This document shows, in pieces, positions 50,840 through 59,152 of a stretch of 59,152 bases of DNA; the stretch's first letter is position 1; the number at the start of each line of letters is the position of its first letter. The stretch comes from Phoronis australis. Lineage: Eukaryota; Animalia; Phoronida. A program made the translations under genes and the position numbers. The DNA is taken from contig NMRA01000197.1 of assembly GCA_002633005.1 (NCBI GenBank), forward strand, positions 665,290-724,441, given 5' to 3'. The notes under the pieces were generated by a model. That model ran no database searches. It worked only from the letters and a program-made list of their open reading frames with translations, and was not told the DNA's origin.

Positions 50840-53800
50840 ACGAATTACTTTCTGCAAATGGTTTCACAGAAGATGTTGGACACAACTCCTCTCCCCATAG
50901 GTACACCCTCTGAAGTAAGATGAAAAGTATTGGGGTGGTGTTTCCGTGTTGACTTGATTGTAAAGTCTTCTCAGAGTACCCTTCCGGTGGCTGGGAGCTG
51001 ACTGATCAAACGGAAGCTCTAGTCGCAAAAGGCGAAAATCCTCCCTGTGTTCGACCAGCTGTTCTGTTGAAACACAACATTGCTGTGTCCAAGCAGATTG
51101 TCGTTAGGTGCTGTTTACATTGGTCCAAAACACATTGGAGTGGGTAGTGTTTCCGGAATATGAGCCAGTTGGGTGGGAGCAGACCAGAACGGATCCTAAT
51201 CATTACAGCCATTAAGTCAGCCGCGAAGACGGTCGTCCTCGCATCAGGGTGCATTTCAGAGAAGTACAGGAGTGCTTGTTGGACTGTGTACTGCTCATGA
51301 AGAGGCCATGGCAGCCACATCTTTCTGTAAGTGTCAGATCATTATAGCGGATCATGTGTCCCCAGCGTGTTCGGTTTGTATCCTGACAGAAGTAGCGACT
51401 ATTGACAATATCAAGGCATCATCCCCACCTAGATCTCCGAACGATTGGCAACATTTCCCTTCGGTGGCCCCCTCGGGCCAATATCACGTACTCTCTTCTG
51501 TACACTGCAACAACTGAGGGCTTTTCTCCTCGGTTGTCAATTGAAGCCACGCTGGTGAGTCGGCAATTCTGTGCTGACTTGACGTTGCTCCAAAGTTGTG
51601 GGAGGCTGTGGGGCCAAGTTTTTGAGGGGTGCTCTTGTCTGTCGGGTAATCTTCATAACTCTTTCGTAATGACTGCATGGAGAGGGTGATCCTTAGCTTG
51701 GTGGCTTTCGTGTTGGCAACTGCCAGGTCTATGACCTGGCGTTGCTTGATCCTAAGTACGCCTACCAGTTGACGCAGTGCAGCTGCTGGTGTTGACCTGT
51801 TACAAACAGTGGCGCTCCTATGCCTTCGTGTCAGCTTTGGCACGAAGAAAATGGATGTTTCAGCTGGCTCCAGTTATGACCTGATGGTCGAAGAAAACAT
51901 CCAGGAGTCTCAGTGTCTCAGGTGCTACAATTTTAACTTCATCGTTGACAGGGCGAGGGACATCTTCAACAATGATACGATTGTCTAGGTTGCGGAGCAA
52001 AGGTTTGCACTTCTCACCATGGCAACTTCTACCATTGCCGGATCAGCAGTTCTTGATACATGTATCAGTCAGCATTGGTTGAGTGCTCTGAATGACTTCT
52101 TGGGGGAACTGCCACCACGCATGGGATGGTCTCATTGGCGAAAGTCCTGAATTGGTTGGCTGATTCGAACCAAGGACCAAGTATTGTTATTAAAAAACGT
52201 AGAGAATGGAGGAGTTTGTTGTGGAAGGCTTGCGCTTATGCTTATTCAGTCTGAGCGCTAGGGTCCATGTTTAATCATGCATTCGCACTCAGGGTAGTCG
52301 TGACACAACGGTAGAGAAGCCAAGGTGTAACATGCCATCAACTAAAATGGGGAGATGGAAGAGTTGTAACCATTCTTAAGATCCAGTCCACAAGCAGGAA
52401 TTCCTGATGGTTTTCAAAACATTTTCTGATATCTGCTCCCAGAGATGCAGCATTAGCCCAAGTATCGTGTTGGGGGTGGAAAACCCCCATGCCATTAAAG
52501 AGCCAGGTCTCGATTAGTCTTGTGATCCGGCGAGCGATGATTTCCTCTTTGATCATCCCCACAAGGTTTTTGCATGACAGTGACACGATGCTCTTTGAGC
52601 AGCTTGTGTAATTGTCTGGTTAGGGAACAGCTGCTAGGAAGGACAACTCTTTCTGTACACCTTGGCTAGGTGAGCTAGGGTCGCCTCGGGTAGGGTCTTC
52701 AGTGTCATTTCCTTAATTTCGTTAGGGCCAGGTGCACCATACTTACTGGAGTTGATTGTATCAGAGTTACCTCATTCCTTGAGATTGCAGCGTCATCCCT
52801 TGCTAAATCAGAGAGGTCGCTCGGGTAGCAGAGTAGGGACACTTTCTTGTCAAGATCGTTGTCATTGCTCTGTAGAGTAAATTGGTCAAAGAAACCCGTC
52901 TTGTTACTCATCACTTCTCAGGATGCTGCCATAATCAGCATAAAGGAACGGACGATGAGTTGATGTGATCTGGCGGTGGAATTGCCAGAAAGCCTTGACA
53001 CTGAGGTTTGCCTTGCAGGAGAATCCATTCCACCGTTGATTAACGGCATTAGACGCTGCGAGCTTATAATCTGCAGTGACATTGTTCTTCTTAATTTTGG
53101 CTGCCATGAAAGATTTCAGGGTCGTGTTATCATTGGCTCTTGTGGCGGTGAATTCACAGTCCTGTCTGAGCTATGCTAACCACGCTTTGCATGTATCTAC
53201 CTCTTCACTCCTCTAGGGGGGGGGATTTCTACGCTTAAGTAGGGGTTGGATAATCCTTGACGGTTGCGATTCCTCGTGAATCATGTTCTATACAGTTTCG
53301 CCTGTGTAACTTGCATAAGGCGGTTCAGCTTTTGTTGCTGGGGTCCTGAGATGGAGGCAGATTTGCACCTAGCAAAAGAATTGGTCGCTGCCCGCTTTGG
53401 AAATGCTAGACCATTCGGTCCTGTGACGAAGGCCTGACCAATTCAGGAGTCAGTGCCACCTGGTCTTTCAGCCATCTATATTGGCTTTCCACTATTGACT
53501 ACAGAGATGTCCAAATCTGTGAGGGCATCGACAAGGCCCTTGCCATTAGGATGTTCATCATTGATGTCTCATGTGTGGTTGCGGGCACTGAAATCACCCA
53601 CGATAAACGTACCCTGGCGTGTGGCGGTGAGGTCACGCAAAATCGCAATCTTCAGCTTTGGCGGCCGTGTTACCGCTCTTGTACAGGTAAGCAACAAAGA
53701 CGGGACTATGGAGTCTAATATCTTGAATCTTCAGGATTTGCACCTGGCTATTAGGTGTGGTGTCTCTCATTGCATCTGAGAGTTTCACAATGTTGCTGCC

Positions 53801-53960
53801 TGGTGCTCCATGCATACTGCATCTCTAGGGTTCCAACCATCTTCAAGAACTCTCATAGCTCAGCCTGGGGTGCCAATGACCCCAGTTGACACGTTGCCAC
53901 GAGGACACTCTAAGAGAATCTTGAAGTACGAGAGGCGATGTACTGGCGGGGAAGACTTAT
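50840..53960 (-). mobile_element. Degraded APE-type non-LTR retrotransposon (I-group-like)
   Basis: Reverse-strand remnants: APE GDFSARNHT(W) and NGKGLVDAL; RT-region KEEIIARRITRLIE...FHPQHDTW; C-terminal IRIRSG plus a Cys/His knuckle-like stretch; many stops. Confidence 0.65.
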
Positions 53961-54188
53961 GAAATCGGCTTCCTTTTCAGGTTATCAATTCATAACAAGT
54001 GAAAAACAAGTGAAAAGGTAAATGAAGAAAGAGTGAAAAGAGCGATAGACGATGCCATAACACATCGTCAGAAACGGACTTGCGAAAAAATACATTTTTT
54101 TGTTCTGTTTTGCAAAAAATGAGGTCTCGTTTAAATGCTCTTTCTTTTACACGTTTCAGCGTGTCTTTCTTTCCTCAACAGCCGCCAG

Positions 54189-54200
54189 TCCTGCACCTAG
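54189..54200 (+). CDS. Candidate 12-nt symmetric micro-exon between FN3 repeats 3 and 4
   Basis: Long polypyrimidine tract, ccgccag|tcctgcacctag|gtaagt; phase 1-1, adds VLHL in frame. Confidence 0.4.
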   Translation, partial: SCT

Positions 54201-54436
54201 GTAAGTCATCAAGCGTTCACCCTAATGCCTCCTAATTATTGGGAGGGAGATGCCATCACTCAATATGGAAATATATTGACATTGAAATATTGGTTGCTTT
54301 TGAGTTGACAACTTCGTTATATGTCAAAATCGTTTAATAGCGTACACTGTTTTTACTATCATTGTGTGATCATGATATATTTCTCTCTCCGAGTCGAAAG
54401 TGAGTGGATTTGAATCAACATGACCTCATTTTACAG

Positions 54437-54654
54437 TACCTTCAAAACCGACAAAGGTTAATGCAACCTCCACAGGTCCTACCACACTACGTGTCATGTG
54501 GTCTCAACCTTTGCACCCAAATGGCGTCATCGTTGCCTACGCTGTGAAGCTTTGGCTTGCTGCGAATGCCTCCATAAACGAGACCCGGAGGAATCTGACC
54601 GAACAATCAACAGTGTTCTACAATTTGAAGCCAGATACATCGTACTCAGTTCAG
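54437..54654 (+). CDS. Gene 2 exon 11: FN3 repeat 4, N-part
   Basis: ttacag/gtatga, phase 1-0; VPSKPTKVNATSTGPTTLRVMWSQPLHPNGVIVAY...NLKPDTSYSVQ. Confidence 0.93.
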
Positions 54655-54879
54655 GTATGAAGGCATCAATGAAGAGTTTGTGTTTCTAGTTGTTGTTTAT
54701 ATCAGTGTATACAGGAAACATCGTTACTGTCAGGCATTCTGTGTCAATCCAAATGTAAAATACGTTAATTCAGACTGAGTTCAAGCGTCCATTTTAGCTT
54801 AAGTAGCCTTCTTTAGACCTACGCAAGTATCACGGCTACTGTGCGTTGGATGGGAAATAATGAATCTTCGGCCTTTCAA

Positions 54880-55330
54880 GTGTACGAAGCGCCAAACGGC
54901 ATTTAAACGAGTACCTATCTGCGCTTTGAAATGTACTTAAATAACGCGTGGTTTTGCTTAACCATTGCTTAATAATTAACGCATAGTTTTACTTCATCCC
55001 TTAAGTACAACCTAAGAAAAGTTTACATTCAGTACGCAACGGCGCAATCATTTATGTGGTCACTTGATAAGGATTGCCCTCGACCCTGCAGAAAGTTCTC
55101 CGCTTTGATTTAGCAAAAGTGCACTTAGAATAAGAGCTGAACCGGATCGTTTAAAAACCAATTTAGCGAGATGATTAACCAAAACTGAGCGCAACATAAG
55201 GACAGAACTACATGTATGCTCGTTTAGGAACTAATTCAGTTCGTTAATTAAGCAAGACTAAGCGTTGATAAAGCACATTCAAGCGTGCATAAAGGTAATA
55301 GTTCGAAAACCCTTTGGCACCTCATACAAG
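54880..55330. repeat. Degenerate inverted repeat (old palindromic MITE)
   Basis: 54880-54965 resembles the reverse complement of 55245-55330 (gtgtacgaagcgccaaacgg vs ccctttggcacctcatacaa). Confidence 0.5.
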
Positions 55331-55509
55331 TGTTATTATTTACGCGAACTTGTTGGCCAGGCAGTGCGGTCGGTGACCTATTACCTCTAGCGCAATAGGC
55401 CAATGGCTGAATACACGAAGCTTTAAACAGCTTAATCTCTACAACACTCTGCTTATTCCTCTTGTAACTTTTGAGATTTTATTGCTAAATTGAGGATATT
55501 GTTTTTTAG

Positions 55510-55579
55510 GTGTTTTCCAAAACTGTTAAGGGTTATGGAGAAGGCAGTGACATTTTTAACGGCAAAACCGGTGTAGGAA
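55510..55579 (+). CDS. Gene 2 exon 12: FN3 repeat 4, C-part
   Basis: ttttag/gtaagt, phase 0-1; VFSKTVKGYGEGSDIFNGKTGVG. Confidence 0.88.
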
Positions 55580-55890
55580 GTAAGTTTCTTTTCGTACTGT
55601 GTGCACTCCTTGTTGTTTTTTTAAATCTGTTGTTATTTGGAACCATTTCCTGGGTATGCCAAACTTAAAGTGAGGTTGGGCTCAAAATTGATGCAGTCAT
55701 ATTCTGTGTGGAGTTCGAACTTTTACTCTGAGAATGAAACACGATAATTGAAGCTTGGATCAGATTCTGTAGGAGAGGGTAACTAGGACGATAAAAAGCT
55801 AGAGAGACCATGCTGAACAATTAGGTTGCAGAAGACTTTTGTTCGCATCTATGACATTCCTCGATTTTGCTAGTAATATTCTTGTTTAAG

Positions 55891-55997
55891 AACCTGATCA
55901 ACCACTGAACTTGGAAAACGTTTCTCGAACGGACACAACATTAACATTTGCATGGACGGAACCAATGAACCAAAGGGGTGAAATACAACACTACAAG
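55891..55997 (+). CDS. Gene 2 exon 13: FN3 repeat 5, N-part
   Basis: tttaag/gtaacg, phase 1-0; KPDQPLNLENVSRTDTTLTFAWTEPMNQRGEIQHYK. Confidence 0.9.
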
Positions 55998-56716
55998 GTA
56001 ACGCAACGAAACAATGTACAGAAACGCAAAGTTGCTAAGCCAAGTCAAAGCCAGTATATGAGGCTAATCCTTCAGTTTAGTACATGTATTTATTTGCGAT
56101 ACAGCCGCATTGCTCCATGTTTGGCTGGCGATAACACGATCTTTTGCTGTCATAAATTCGGTTTCAAGGACATCGAAACCGTCAGCGCTTCCGAGTTTAT
56201 TGGGATTGGCCTACTCCAAGGTTGCGAGTTCTAGAATGACGCATTGACTGAAAGTTATGATGTTGCATGTAAAACAGAAATGGAACCCTTTCAAGGTAAA
56301 GACAAATATTAGACCGGTTTTGAGAGGATAAAAGACCCAATTTCATTTTCAATTTTAAACCAGCTAAACAGGGGAAATCGAATGCAGCATTGACGTCTTT
56401 TGCAAAGGAGTATTCCCAAAGCTCAGCAAGCCCCAACTATAGTATATAAGGCGTCCCTACTTAGCAAGTTGATGTTTGTCGATGCAATCAGAAAATAACG
56501 CAGCCATGTTGCACTTAGTTGACTGGTTGACTTAGACTGTTTTGTTGGTTTAACCAGCTAAAACATCTGTTTGGTTGTCGATAATGACTTCCAGGTTGCA
56601 AACCAATCATGTAGAGTTTAGTAACGATTGGACATATGATAAAAGCATGAAAATTTTGAGACATCCAGTTGACAAAACAGATCAAGTTTGAGTCTAATAC
56701 TGGAATAAAAACTTAC

Positions 56717-58151
56717 AACTAGAAAGATTATTGTCACGACGTGACAATAATGGACTCTGTGCGTGGTTATTACTGGAGTTATTATGGGATGTTATTGATA
56801 GCAACCCATTTACCTATATGAAAAGGAATTCTTTAAAATTGTAGGAGAAATTACATGTTAATATTTTGATGACCTTTCCACTAATTGACCTCTTCCGGAG
56901 CATTATGAACCCCGATCAGGGAATAATTGTAACCTCGATTTAAAGTGTGGTTAATGCTAAGAATCACAAATGTTTTACATTAAGCACTTCACAATACAAG
57001 ATGAATGAATTGGTCGAACTTTCAGAAGAAAATGCACCTAAAGATCTCATGGGTGCACCAAATGACCTCAATCGCATTTAGTAAACAAATATGTAATATT
57101 GAAGTCTCTAGTTCAAAATTTTAGTTTGAACTCAATGACCTTTGACCTATTTTTTCTGATTGGTTAGGCATATTGCGTAGTAAAGTAGTGTGTTCAATTG
57201 GCCTGTTGACTTACACCAGTGTGCTGAAATTGAAAACAATTCCTTGAAAAACGTGAGATATAACATTTTGAACGTTACATGACCTTTGCACCAATTGACC
57301 CTATCCGGCGCATTATAAGCATCTTTAGAAGAATTAATGCAAAGCCCATGAAAAATGTGTTTAATGCTGAGAATCACAGTTGTCTGGCGGTTGACACGTC
57401 AGAATACTTGCAGATTGAAAAGGTCAAATTTTCAGAAGAAAAATGCACCTGGTGACACCATGTTTGCACTAAATGACCTGAAACTTTGGATTCCGAATTA
57501 AATTTCCTTTTCCAATCAGACCTGTTAATTGGAACTGTCTAGCTCAAAATTTTAGTTTGAACCTAATCCCCTTTGATCTATTTCACCTGATTGGATGACC
57601 CGATTACTTAGAAAAATAATTTTTAAATTGCCGTTTTGACTTATACATGTGTACCGAATTTGAAAAGAATAACTTTTGAAATAAAGGAGTAGCATTTTGA
57701 AAATTACATGACCTTTGCACCAAATGACCTCTTCCGATGCATTATTGAACATGAATATATAACGAATCAAAATTTATATACTTCCTAAAATCATATGTTA
57801 AATTTGAAGAACATGCCTGCAACCATTTTTGAGTTATTAAGTGTCAAAAATGGTCGGAAAAAGAATAAGGATAAAGAATAAGAAGAACAAAACTGACGAA
57901 AACCCAGGAACAACAGTACTCTGCGCTTGCACGCGCAGAGTAATAAGAAGATAAAATACGTAGAACAGTAAAACTCTGCGCTTGCACGCGTAGGGTAATA
58001 ATAAGAATAAAATACGTAGAACAGCAAAACTCTGCGCTTGAACGCGCAGAGTAGTAAGAATAATAAGAAGATAAAATACGTAGAACAGCAAAACTAATAA
58101 AATTGAAGAAAACCCAGGAACAACAGTACTCTGCGCTTACACGCGCAAAGT
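56717..58151 (+). mobile_element. Helentron/HINE-like non-autonomous element with internal ~430-bp repeats and four iterated 3' hairpins
   Basis: 5' palindrome attattgtcac-gac-gtgacaataat (56727-56751). Sub-terminal actctgtgcgtg is complementary to cacgcgcagagt in the 3' hairpin actctgcgc-N6-gcgcagagt. TGACCT-rich units recur near 56870, 57275 and 57705. Confidence 0.65.
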
Positions 58152-58152
58152 A

Positions 58153-58550
58153 AAAATTAGCGACGTTGCGTCCGTATCTCACGGACTTCAGCTTGGCTTG
58201 TGACGTTATCGTTATTCTGGCCAATTATGATTTGGCTATTTTTAGCCTCCAGTGCGCTACTGGACATGATTTCAAAACTGATGATGTTAGACTTTGAGGA
58301 AGACTGGTTCAGAAGTTGGTAAAGGAAGCTCTCCGTGAGCGCATTGAGAGTCCCTCTTTAAAAAAAGAGGCGGTTTAAGATTCGATTGTCACACGTATGG
58401 AATGGTGTTCGTACGTCAATGTCACGCCGTCTGGTCAAAATGCCACCAATTGGCCAGAATAATGCTAACGTCACAAGCCCAGCTGAAGTCCGTGAGATGC
58501 AGACGCAACGTAGCTAATTTTTGTAAGTTTTTATTCCAGTATTAGACTCA
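58153..58550 (+). mobile_element. Penelope-like fragment with an inverted 5' tail copy
   Basis: 58226-58550 is homologous to 28339-28690; 58153-58225 is the reverse complement of the tail at 58449-58522. Confidence 0.8.
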
Positions 58551-58916
58551 AACTTGATCTTCTTGGACATATGCTCAAATCTCGCCAGATTATAGCCAAA
58601 ATCACGCGTTCTCATTTTAAATACACGCCAATATCTCACGCAATATCGTCTTCCTTTTTAGCGAGATTCTAGCTACTGAACCCGACCCAGATGTTTAGCC
58701 GGTGGGTTGGCGGAACCAGTCATTCTGGTGCGGTTATTTGGTGTGCATACATGTCAGGTGCAAAATTTCGTATAACTAGGTGTTCAAAATTTACTGATAG
58801 GTACTTTCATGGTTTCCATCACCTTCAGTTTATGCTCTGTAATGTATTCCTGCACTTAAGTAGATCATTCTGAATCAATTCGCCGTAGTGACTTAGAATT
58901 CCACATCTTTTTGCAG

Positions 58917-59121
58917 ATATTTTGTGAATTTATTGAGTCTTCACTAGACTATCAGGGAACAAAGTATAATTCGGCCGTGTTGGGCGCATCATTGAATGGT
59001 ACCATTGGTAACCTGTCCGAAGCTTCTCTGTATCAATGCTCTGTGAGGGGGAAGACATCTGCCGGCTACGGCGATACTAGTGAAACGGTTTTGGTGTGGA
59101 CTGCTCCTCCGAAGTCTAATG
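58917..59121 (+). CDS. Gene 2 exon 14: FN3 repeat 5, C-part (gene continues beyond the window)
   Basis: ttgcag/gtaagc, phase 0-1; IFCEFIES...IGNLSEASLYQCSVRGKTSAGYGDTSETVLVWTAPPKSN. Confidence 0.9.
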
Positions 59122-59152
59122 GTAAGCAATTTCCATTTGTGGGAGAAACTAA

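Overview
AT-rich, intron- and transposon-rich eukaryotic DNA. The TE families and exon content suggest a marine invertebrate, but the species cannot be determined from the sequence. Two + strand spliced genes were reconstructed by hand with consistent GT-AG phases. (1) The last three exons (6983-8657) of a receptor-type protein tyrosine phosphatase, encoding a degenerate D2-type domain. (2) From 24667 to beyond the window end, a gene encoding signal peptide - F-type lectin domain - uncharacterised beta-rich domain - divergent FN3-like domain - five FN3 repeats, probably the ectodomain of a tandem RPTP paralog. Gene 2 also has a candidate second signal-peptide first exon (37952-38015) and a candidate 12-nt micro-exon (54189-54200). 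The rest is nested mobile DNA: a hAT transposase relic and 5-bp-TSD MITEs, a DIRS/Ngaro fragment, a 3-kb P-like element with a THAP relic, a 364-bp foldback element, Kolobok-like elements, L1/Tx1 and I-like LINEs, Penelope fragments with hammerhead-like motifs, a tRNA-SINE and a Helentron-like element with four iterated 3' hairpins. The palindrome TACATGTA is strongly enriched and in two cases is a 6-bp insertion relative to paralogous repeat copies. Most ORFs in the supplied track are spurious. TE boundaries without TSD support are approximate.
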